Assembly: GCA_002269645.1 (NCBI GenBank)
Contig: NIVC01001203.1
Location: 219,276 to 283,275, forward strand
DNA: 64,000 bases
Direction of reading: 5' to 3'
From: Macrostomum lignano
Taxonomy: Eukaryota
Shown here: positions 1-10,325 of the stretch, piece by piece
How positions within the stretch are numbered: the first letter of the stretch is position 1
How the letters are laid out: each line of letters begins with the position of its first letter
Made by a program: the position numbers and the translations under genes
The notes under the pieces: generated by a model
Databases searched by the model: none
Told to the model about the DNA's origin: nothing
Seen by the model: only the letters and a program-made list of their open reading frames with translations

Positions 1-140
1 TCATGGCAAATTAACTTTAACTTTGGCATCTTAAATTTTGGACTCCAGCTACTAAATTGGCAATTGTTCTTTCCAAGCTGAATATAATTAAAATTCAGTT
101 CTAAACATTTATAAGGGGTTGTACCCTAGTGCTTAAAATG

Positions 141-330
141 TTGGACTCACAACTGAAAGGTCTGGGGTTCGATTCCCAATCCCACTTGAAACAATTTGTG
201 TCATTGAGCAAGACACTTAACTCTGCATTGCTTCAGTTCACCCAGCTGTAAAATGGGTGCCAGCATTAGCTGGGGTAATTGAGGGTGTGTGGCGACCCTC
301 CAGTCCTTGGACTGAACAGCCATATGCAGG
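141..330 (+). mobile_element. tRNA-derived CORE-type SINE, copy 1 (degenerate)
   Basis: B-box GGGGTTCGATTCCC followed by TGTGTCATTGAGCAAGACACTTAACTCTGCATTGCTTCAGTTCACCCAGCTGTAAAATGGG, which resembles the MIR/CORE domain. The same sequence recurs at 5193, 16625 and 47258. Confidence 0.75.
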
Positions 331-395
331 CGTTTAGTTAATTAATCTATTTATTTATTTCTATCTACTAATTGGTCTGCATGCCCTGCTGATTG

Positions 396-3300
396 ATGGC
401 AACCATTAAGCGCAATTTCAAGAACATTGTTCATAATTATTCGGATGCCCAGGTGAAAGTTCGCGAAGCCACGTCAAACGATCCATGGGGTCCATCAAGT
501 ACTTTGATGTCGGAAATATCCGACATGACAAACAATGTGATGGCCTACACTGAAATTATGTCGATGATTTGGAAACGATTGAATGATAAAAATAAGAACT
601 GGCGTCACGTTTACAAAGCCCTGGTGCTGCTGGAGTACATTATCAAAACTGGCAGTGAGAAGGTGGCCCAGCAGTGCAAAGAGAATCTGTTTGCTATCCA
701 ATCGTTGCGGGATTTCCAGTACACAGAGGAGGCCAAAGATCACGGATTGAATGTGCGCGAGAAAGCCAAGCATCTGGTAGCTTTGCTTAAAGACGATGAG
801 AAGTTGAAAGCTGAGAGGCAGAGCGCTATCAAGGCCAAGGAGAGGCTCAGGCACGGTGGCGGTTTCAGCTCTGAGGACAGGCCGCCGGACAGGTGAGGGT
901 GGACAGGTTAGGCAGAGACAGGTGGACAGGTTGAGTAAAGACATGTGGACAAGTTGGGTAGAGACAGGTGGACAGGGTGGGTAGAGACAGGTGGACAGGT
1001 TGGGTAGAGACAGGTGGACAGGTTGGGTAGAGACAGGTGGACAGGGTGGGTAGAGACAGTTGGGCAGGTTGGGTAGAGACAGGTGGACAGGTTGGGTAGA
1101 GACAGGTGGACAGGGTGGGTAGAGACAGTTCGGCAGGTTGGGTAGAGACAGGTGGACAGGTTGGGTAGAGACAGTTGGGCAGGTTGGGTAGAGACAGGTG
1201 GACAGGTTAGGTAGAGACAGGTGGACAGGTTGGGTAGAGACAGGTGGACAGGTTGGGTAGAGACAGGTGGACAGGTTGGGTAAAGACAGTTGGGCAGGTT
1301 GGGTAGAGATGGACAGGTTGGGTAGAGACAGATGGACAGGTTGGGTTGAGACAGGTGGACAGGTTGGGTAGAGACAGGTGGACAGGTTAGGTAGAGATGG
1401 ACAGGTTGGGTAGAGACAGGTGGACAGGTTGGGTTGAGACAGGTGGACAGGTTGGGTAGAGATGGACAGGTTGGGTAGAGACAGTTGGGCAGGTTGGGTA
1501 GAGACAGGTGGACAGGTTAGGTAGAGACAGTTGGACAGGTTGGGTAGAGACAGGTGGACATGTTTGGGACAATGGGACAACTAGGAGACAGGTAAGGTAA
1601 AAAGTTAGATGGACAAGAGAGACAGGTAGGAGACAAATACGAGTAGGTGGACATGCTTGGGTACAGATGGACAGGTAGGTGGCCAGGTTAGGGACAAGTT
1701 TGGAACAGGTAGTAGGGGAGGGGACAGACTGTTGTACATAGATAGTCATGAAAAGGTTGTAAGCTAGATTTGAAATTTCCCACTCAGATCCCGCATGGAA
1801 GCGCAGCGCCGGTCTGAGTCCAGCGCCGCCACAACCACTGGAGGCGCGGCCGCGGCGCAGGAGGCTGAAGACCTGCAACTGCAGCTGGCCCTGGCCATCT
1901 CTAGGGAAGAGCACGAGCAGGAGCTGAAGCGGCGCGAAGCCGAGGGTCATAAAGAGGAGATAAAATTGAAGATGGCGCTTGAGGCAAGCAAGAAGGAAGA
2001 CGAGGTAAGTTTTAAAGGCCGGCCTTGACTCGCTAACTGTTTTCAACACTGGGAGTTCGGGCCGAGGCAGTTCTCAACTCCGCTATAGAGCTGATTATAA
2101 GTGCAATATTTGTTTGTAGCTCTCTTTAAAGCTCCCACCGTCCCTGTGTTCAGGTTCTTTCCCCGCTTCGCATGCCACCCAAGCAGCAGCAACAGGAGAA
2201 GCTCGATAATTCAACTGTTGCTTTTACAAAAGAAGAAGATGATGTAAGTTGAGAGCTTATAATCGGATTGAAGTAAATACACTGGTTAAATGATTGTTCA
2301 TTATTGGAAAAGTGAGTATAATATTTTTGTAGACAAATTTGGAATTGAAATCTGGATTTTTATCACTGGCTGATAAAGAAACCTGTTCATTCCAAAGTGT
2401 GTGTGCGTGTGCTCAACACGATTAAAGTCCCTAAGATTTTTTTGATAGTCTTAACAGCATGGTCAAAAAAATTTTGAGAGAGAAATTTGATTCTGAAAGT
2501 CTCTAGTCTTGGAGTAAAGATTGCTAATTTTAATCTTTAATTTTTTACGTAGCAGCGACTAGGGCTTGGGTGACAACTCAAGCCTCTTGGAGTTGGAAAC
2601 TTTAGCACAACATGCTCATCAAGACTGAGGCTCCGTTGGCATGTACTGCGTGTACCGGCAGCGTCCTCGTTATGGGAATAGTTGTTCATCAACTTCATCA
2701 AGGCCTATAGTCCTTGCTCCAAAGCTTCTCGTGCAGTCTGGCTGTTGAAAACTGGGTTATGCTAGGCCGTTTTTGTTAAACCTGGCATAGTCAAAAGTAA
2801 TGAGTAAAGGAGTAATGGCATTTATATATAGTGGTGTATCGGCCATAGACATTTAGCACAATAATACTTGGCCATACCAATAACTACTTCGGTAGAAGGT
2901 CGGGGAAAATACGTTTCTTAAAAAACTGTTTATTATGAGACTGGTTTTTGCCGAAAAATACACTACAGAGATACAATTACAATCACAATTAATACGTACA
3001 ATTAATTGTACGTAACAAAAAAGATTAATATTGAATTCTAATTTTCTAAATTTATGAATAATAATAGAGCTGCTATAAGCAAGGCACAACACATCAAAAA
3101 GTGAGTATTGGATCTGCCTCAGTGCCTCCTATCAAAATCGACAACAATTTTTGTGCTGAAATAAAACTGAAAAGTTCCTATCTCCGTAGTCCGTAGAGAC
3201 CAGCCAGCCTCAAACACCAGCCTCAAACATCAGCCTCAAATATCAGCGCGCCTCAAACACCAGCCTCAAACACCAGCCTCAAACATCAGCCTCAAATATC

Positions 3301-6300
3301 AGCGCGCCTCAAACACCAGCCTCAAACACCAGCCTCAAACACCAGCCTCAAACATCAGCCTCAAACATCAGCCTCAAACATCAGCCTCAAACACCAGCCT
3401 CAAACATCAGCCAGCCTCAAACACCAGTCTCAAACATCAGCCTCAAACACCAGCCTCAAACACCAGCCTCAAACACCAGCCTCAAACATCAGCCTCAAAC
3501 ATCAGCCTCAAACACCAGCCTCAAACATCAGCCAGCCTCAAACACCAGCCTCAAACATCAGCCTCAAACACCAGCCTCAAACATCAGCCTCAAACACCAG
3601 CCTCAAACATCAGCCAGCCTCAAACACCAGCCTCAAACATCAGCCTCAAACACCAGCCTCAAACACCAGCCTCAAAATTAATGTGCATAAGAAAGACCCA
3701 AGAAATATTAATTTCTCCTAATAAAATGCAAGCCATACTTATGCTTAGTGCTTAAATCAATGGTCATATTCTACTGCTACAAATTTGCGCATGTAAACAA
3801 ACACTTCAAATCTGAATTCGTCATCAGATTCTGCAGATTAAATCAGTTATAGTAGATTGCTGGCTTGCGGTTTTGCGACACCTTAGCTGTGTTACCTGTT
3901 ATAAAGTAAAGCTTTAATTAACTGTGTTACAATTTGGTGATTTTAATATGCGATGCTTTTATGTATCTATGGGGTTAACACTATATGCATATATATAGAA
4001 TTATATTTAGCTTTTTGTTTTCATAATTTTCAGAATCGCAAGAACAAAGACTCTAATCATGGTGCAACGGTGAGATAATCATCACTATTACACTTTATTT
4101 TATAAGATTTTTTCTCTACTCAGGATTCGAACCCGGGGACGTAAATTCTACATGTAAAATATATTTTTTTGATATTTACAGAGCGAGCTAATCGACACGG
4201 CTTTCTCCTCCGGCTCGGATCCTTGGGCTGCACCGGTGGCGCCAGCTGCCAGCATAGCAACCAGTGGTGGCGTCCCTAGCAATGGATTCGATACCAGCGG
4301 AGATCCTTGGGGTGGCGGTGCGGCAACTGCAGCGCCAACTGCGTCCTTGGCTGACCCCTGGGGTGGCGGCGGCGGCGGTGGCCTGAACCAAGATGGTGAG
4401 ACCAATTGATTGATGAGATTTAAAATCTAAATAAAAATCTTCTGTGAGATTTCCCTAGGAAGTGAGACTTCCATATGTGTTAAAAAATATAAGGGTGAGA
4501 TTGCCATGAAAACTAGGAATTGTAAGGGTGAGATTTCCATAAAGACAAGGAATCAAAGGGTGAGATTTCCATAGAGAATAGAATATTTAAGGTTGAGATT
4601 TCCATGGAGACTAGAAATTCTAAAGGTGAGATTTTCATGGAGACTTGGAATTTTAAGGGTGGGATTTCCATAAAGACTAGAAATTGTAAGGGTGAGATTT
4701 CCATAGAGACTAGAAATTAAAAATAGTGAGATTTCCATGTAGACTAGGAATCTAAGGGTGAGATTTCCATAGAGACTAGAAATTAAAAATAGTGAGATTT
4801 CCATGTAGACTAGGAATCTAAGGGTGAGATTTCCATTGAGACTAGAAATTAAAAATAGTGAGATTTCCATGTAGACTAGAAATTGTAAGAAGTGAGATTA
4901 TAATCGATAATTATAATAGGTATCGAATAATTATTTTATAATCAAGTGTCTCAAGGTCCCTCCTTCCCCTACCCAAAATCGCACCCGCAGCATTCTCAGC
5001 TGCACCCCCTGCATCTGGCGATCCCTGGGCGGCAGCTGGGGCGCCTCTCCAACAGCAGCAGCCAGCAGCGCCAGTTGACGAATTTGACCTGCTGGGAGGC
5101 CGAGATCAGACTGGGGGTGCTGCCGGCTCTACAGGTGAGCTGCCTACCTGTCTTCAAAAAGTTGAACAAATTATTGTTTGTTTTATGATTGTTTGTGGTT
5201 GGAGCGTCGGACTCACGACTGAAAGGTCGGGGGTTCGATTCTCGACTTACTCGTAACAATTTGTGTCCTTCCTTGAGCAAGAGACAATTAACTCTGCATT
5301 GCTTCAGTTCACCCAGCTGTAAAATGGGCGCCAGCATTAGCTGGGGTAATTGAGGGTGTGTGGCGACCCCCAGTCCTTGGACTGAACAGCCGTACGCAGC
5401 CTTCAGATGCGCCGCGCAATAGCTGCGGCTGAGCTGTCGGTTGCATATCTGGCCCAATTAGGGCAGGTGTAATCAATTATATAATCTTTATATTGTGTAA
5501 TGATTCCTATTAATAATAATACAACCCGCAGGACCCACAGCCCAAGATCCTTGGGCAACCGATGGCTCAACCGCTTTCGCAGCCAGCGGCGGGGGTGGCT
5601 TCGGCGGTGGAACCGGCGGCTCCCAAGGCGACCTGCTTGGAGGCGGCGGCGGCTGGACAATGGACCAGCAGCAACAGCAACAGCAGCAAGCCTCGGCGGC
5701 AGCGCAGCAACCGCCCAGAGCCAAGTCGGCAATGGATTTTCTCGGCGAACATGGCGGCTTAGTGAATCTGGATAGTCTGGTTACCAAGCCTAAGGGTAAG
5801 AGTGAGAGTCCTGAGTTCGAGTCTTGTCCTTGATACTTCATGTTGGACAATATTCATGTTTCATATTTTTTGTATTTAGTTTTGTTTCTCCCTCTCACAC
5901 ATTTATCTACCTCTCCCCTATCTACCTCTGCCCTATCTACCTCTCCTATCTACCTCTCCCCTATCTACCTCTTCCCTATCTAACTCTCCCCTATCTACCT
6001 CTGCCTTATCTACCTCTCCCTTATCTACCTCTGCCCTATCTACCTCTCCTATCTACCTCTCCCCTATCTACCTCTTCCCTATCTAACTCTCCCCTATCTA
6101 CCTCTGCCTTATCTACCTCTCCCTTATCTACCTCTGCCCTATCTACCTCTGCCTTATCTACCTCTCCCTTATCTACCTCTCCCCTATCTACCTCTGCCTT
6201 ATCTACCTCTCCCTTATCTACCTCTCCCCTATCTACCTCTGCCTTATCTACCTCTCCCCTATCTACCTCTGCCCTATCTACCTCACCCCTATCTACCTCT

Positions 6301-7344
6301 CCCCTATCTACCTCTTCACTATCTACCTCTAACTTATCTACCTCCTATCTACCTCTGCCCTATCTACCTCTCCCGTATCTACCTCTGCCTATCTAACCTC
6401 TCACATATCTACCTCTGCCCTATCTACCTCACCCCTATCTACCTCACCCCTATCTACCTCTTCCCTATCTAACTCTCCCCTATCTACCTCTGCCTTATCT
6501 ACCTCTCCCTTATCTACCTCTGCCCTATCCCCTATCTACCTCACCCCTATCTACATCACCCCTATCTACCTCTTCCCTATCTAACTCTCCCCTATCTACC
6601 TCTGCCTTATCTACCTCTCCCTTATCTACCTCTGCCCTATCTACCTCTCCTATCTACCTCTCCCCTATCTACCTCTTCCCTATCTAACTCTCCCCTATCT
6701 ACCTCTGCCCTATCTACCTCACCCCTATCTACCTCTCCCCTATCTACCTCTCCCGTATCTACCTCTGCCCTATCTACCTCTCCTATCTACCTCTCCCCTA
6801 TCTACCTCTTCCCTATCTAACTCTCCCCTATCTACCTCTGCCCTATCTACCTCTCCCCTATCTACCTCTGCCCTATCTACCTCTCCTATCTACCTCTGCC
6901 CTATCTACCTCTTCCCTATCTAACTCTCCCCTATCTACCTCTTCTTACCTTGCTTCCATCATTAAACTCCCCTATCCTGTCCTACACTCTGCAGGTCCCT
7001 CAGGCCCCTCAAACCCGTTTGGCGGAGGCGGTGGCAGCGTATTTGGCAACCCAGCGGCACCGGGCAGGCCGAACTCCTCCATTGCGAATCCGTTCCATCA
7101 GCAGCAGCAGGCTGGGCCAAGTCTGGCTGAGCTGCAGCAACGGCAGAACAGCCAGGCTACTGCAGGATTTCAGCCCGGTGGCAGCAATGAGTTTGGCCTG
7201 CCGCCCCCGCTAATTCAGGCCCCCGCTCAGCATGGCGTGTCCGCTATGACCAGCTATCCAGCGGCCAGCAATCCTTGGGGCAGCCATCAACAGCAACAGC
7301 CACAGCCCGGCTCCGCTGCAGCCAGTTTCAATCCGTTTCTTTGA
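396..7344 (+). CDS. EPN: Epsin, complete. Exons 396-892, 1788-2004, 2154-2243, 4034-4069, 4182-4395, 4991-5134, 5532-5795, 6995-7344
   Basis: ENTH domain (KNIVHNYSDAQVKVREATSNDPWGP...), two UIMs (EDLQLQLALAISREE; EEIKLKMALEASKKE), several DPW motifs, DFLGEHGGLVNLDSLV and three NPF motifs ending NPFL*. All GT-AG junctions were checked by hand and the phases are consistent. Confidence 0.95.
893..1600 (+). repeat. ~23-bp minisatellite (GGACAGGTTGGGTAGAGACAGGT) filling epsin intron 1
   Basis: About 30 imperfect tandem copies starting at the splice donor. Confidence 0.95.
2600..2740 (-). pseudogene. Decayed piggyBac-type transposase fragment
   Basis: The minus strand reads VDEQLFP*RGRCRYTQYMPTEP, matching the piggyBac motif (T/V)DEQLxPFRGRCxFxQYMPxKP. 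Stop codons and frameshifts are present. Confidence 0.6.
3205..3676 (+). repeat. 13-bp minisatellite (CAGCCTCAAACAC/T) in epsin intron 3
   Basis: Direct tandem copies. Confidence 0.95.
4440..4900 (+). repeat. ~33-bp degenerate tandem repeat (GTGAGATTTCCAT...GACTAG(A/G)AA...) in epsin intron 5
   Basis: More than ten imperfect copies. Confidence 0.85.
5193..5476 (+). mobile_element. CORE-type SINE, copy 2 (near full length; the empty-site reference for the Polinton insertion)
   Basis: A-box TGGTTGGAGCG, B-box GGTTCGATTC, CORE-like body, and an uninterrupted ...CAATAGCTGCGGCTGAGCTGTCGG...GGGCAGGTGTAATC tail. Confidence 0.8.
5903..6945 (+). repeat. ~16-bp pyrimidine-rich minisatellite (CTATCTACCTCT(C/G)CC(C/T)) in the last epsin intron
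   Basis: Direct tandem copies. Confidence 0.95.
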
Positions 7345-7423
7345 GTCCACTGTTCGGTATGAGTGCAATAAACATTCTAGATAATCTAAGATAAAAAGAT
7401 TTGAGCCTACGCGCATTGAATTG

Positions 7424-7539
7424 AATCCAAGATAGGCTTGCCAATGTGATGTGGAGCTTCTGTCTATGGTAGCAAGCTTCATTTGCCTTGCTACCATAGA
7501 CGGAAGCTTCATATTGCATTGGCAAGCATATCTTGGATT
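7424..7539 (+). other. Long inverted repeat / RNA hairpin downstream of the epsin stop
   Basis: 7424-7476 pairs with 7487-7539: 47 Watson-Crick pairs, 5 G.U and 1 G.A, with a 10-nt loop. Confidence 0.85.
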
Positions 7540-8715
7540 AAACCACTTTAAAGCTCACTTTCAGGGAGGTTATTGACATAGATTTTATTTTGCGGGATTT
7601 AATCGATCACTTTCCCGGACATATTGCAAGGATTATTGTATGTATCTAAATAAGCGAGCTTCTCTCTTCTCTTCCTTCGTGACTCGAGAAATTTCCTAAT
7701 GAAATTTTGTTTATGGTAAGAATGTGGGGGCCTCGCCCCCACACCCCCAGAAGGGGCTTTGCCCCCACACCCCATCCCCAAGCTCAACCATAGACATACA
7801 AGTATGGCTCTCGGGATTTAATCACATACCGACCTCAAACCCATAGAATATCTTATACTTAACTTAAATGCGCCGTAAGCCCGACTGGACTGCAAAAAAA
7901 CTATATTAAATAAGGTCACTTGTGTTTTTTCGTAACTATATTTAGACTAGAAAATCGCTGAAGAGCCATTGCAAACAATTCACAAAGTGCTTAACTTTCT
8001 ACTAACTCAAGTAGGCTATATAGAGTTGCTTGAATATTAAATTCGAAATTACGCAGATTATTCAGTGTGTAAATTTTCTAGGTGACAAATCGGCCTTCAA
8101 AAAAAAACCCTGTTGTTGTGGATCTGAAGTCTGTTGTACTCGTAGTATTGCCATCCGAGATTTCGCAATGACTTAACCCCTAGAAATATTTTGAATATTT
8201 TTTCAAGTTTAGTAGTTGACACTAATAATCTATTTTTAACAAAAATACCCAAATTGTATGCATGTAACCTATCCGTAAAAATATTTATATTTCATTTTAT
8301 GGCCAAGCGTTCTGGTTGAATTTCAAATTCTATCTATTTGTCTGTCTCCGTTTTGCCGGCTTCATCGATTACTGTGTTTTATTATTATTATTAACTTATT
8401 TTTCTAGCATATTTCAATTTTTCTAAGCCAAAAATGTTTTTCCCTTCACTACCGCGGAGCTTTTGTTGTACAAAAGGTTGGTTTCTTGAAGAAATTATAT
8501 TTGGTCCTTGCCGCTGCACCCTGTTCTGTGTCTGTTTTCTGTTCTGTCTGTGTCTTAGAACCTTCTATACTCTTATTTTTTGTGACAAACTCAACTTTAT
8601 AGCGTGAGACACATATTGGGTTCATTGTGTCTGTTGGATAGTGCTGAAATCAATTTTTGCTATTTTGCCTCTCTGACTAGGGCTTGCCCAATCTATTGTA
8701 ATTTTGCAAAAAACT

Positions 8716-9132
8716 GTCTGTCTGTGTCTGTCTGTGTCTGTCTGTCTGTCTGTGTCTGTCTGTGTCTGTCTGTCTGTCTGTCTGTCTTTCTGTCTGTCTG
8801 TCTTTCTGTCTGCCTGTCTGTCAGTGTCTGTCTGTGTCTGTCTGTCTGTCTGTCAGTGTCTGTCTGTGTCTGTCTGCCTGTCTGTCTGTGTCTGTCTGTC
8901 TGTCTTTCTGTCCGACTGGCTATGTGTCTGTCTGTCTGTGTCTGTCCGTCTGTCTGTTTGTGTCTGTCTTTCTGTGTCTGTCCGTCAGTGTCTGTCTGTC
9001 TGTCTGTTTGTGTCTGTCTGTCTGTCTGTCTGCCTGTGTCTGTCCGTCAGTGTCTGTCTGTCTGTCTGTCTGTCTGTGTCTGTCCGTCAGTGTCTGTCTA
9101 TCTGTCTGTCTGTCTATCTGTCTGTCTGTTTG

Positions 9133-9165
<33 letters not shown>

Positions 9166-9210
9166 TGTCTGTGTCTGTCCGTCAGTGTCTGTCTGTCTGT
9201 CTGTCTGTCC
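8716..9210. repeat. (TCTG/TG)n microsatellite
   Basis: Visible simple repeat. Confidence 0.95.
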
Positions 9211-9277
9211 TTCAGCAGTTTCGTTTCATCAGTAAATGGAACCCAAGCATTCGGCATGAAGTCAGCAGCCAGCTTAC

Positions 9278-9986
9278 ATTGAATATTTACGCGTACAGTT
9301 TTTTAGTGTGGCAGGCGAGAAGGCAGATAACAGCGAGAGGCAAAAGCTTAAACGAAGGATCTAAGAATTAAGAATTGAACAAATTTTTAGTACAATAGAA
9401 TTTGCTACTTATTCAACTACCTGTGTCAGTAGCTCTCATGTCACAAGTGCCACACGACGGAGTCCTCCTAGTATGCAAATGGATTTTAATATTATTGATT
9501 TGATATAACTTTCTGTTGTTTGTTTTGTCTTACTTTTTTGTTTGCTTAATCATTTATTTTGTCAATCTCGACTTTAGCAAAATTGGTGACATCAAAATTT
9601 GGTTTGCCATTCAGTTTATTTTGTTGGCCTGCTAAAATTGAAGTCAATTTTGTCAAAGTCAAGATTAAAAAACCTTAATTCAGTGTTTTACTGTTGTCTG
9701 TTATTAAATACAACTCGCAAAAAATATTGGCGTTATAACAAATAATATTTAATTGACATTCGCAATTCACCTTGTGGTGCAATGAAAGCCGCAAAATGCA
9801 AAAAAAGCCAAACAAATCTGGAAAAAATGTTTCCTATTTTGTTATAATTCTGTTATATGTTTTGATTTTCTTTTTCACTACATAATAATATTTTTCGTTT
9901 GGAATGAGTGCAATTTTTTGCTTGCCTACTCATCCGCTTACTACTAATCTGTGACAGTAGTATGTGTTTGGCACTCGTATCGAATG
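9278..9986 (-). other. Candidate micro-exon transcript. Exons 9986-9942, 9817-9771, 9467-9421, 9360-9278
   Basis: Four short GC-richer islands bounded by good acceptors (TTACAG, TTCCAG, TACTAG, TCTTAG) and donors (GTAAGC, GTGAAT, GTAGTT). One phase-consistent frame gives a Cys-rich peptide with a hydrophobic C-terminus. No start codon was identified. Confidence 0.3.
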
Positions 9987-10325
9987 CTGTAATAATAATA
10001 AAATAATAATATTTTAGTGGCAGAACAGACTCAAAAAAGTGTGTTATGTACAATAAATATGTGTTGATTTGTTTAACTTTAGTCATTGGAAATGCTATAA
10101 TTGCTACTATGTGGCCACTTTGTTTATTCTTCACTCCCTTATACACTGCCTAGTTTAATTCTTGTTCCTGTCTGTCTGTGCGCGTTTGCCTAATAAATTT
10201 ATTCATAAATAATACTTATTTATTTTAAATATTTTAATGTTGGAATGATGACAACACAATTCTAAATTGTTACACCGAGTTTTCGTGTTTTGCTTCTTTT
10301 TTATGTTAGAGGGACTTTAAGTTGT

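Noticed and set aside
141-200. tRNA gene at the SINE heads (also 5200 and 16640)
   Set aside because: A and B boxes are present, but there is no acceptor stem and the sequence continues into a CORE-like repeated body.
495-1580. 361-aa minus-strand ORF and other ORFs over minisatellites (5824, 8604-9371, 14929-16023, 50561-52069, 54474, 58232-59044, 62239-62666)
   Set aside because: Translations of simple or tandem repeats, or antisense to real genes.
10080-10150. CDK-like VYKG..NK.SGHIVAI peptide on the minus strand
   Set aside because: Short, misaligned by one residue, lacks the catalytic Lys and has no further kinase motifs nearby.
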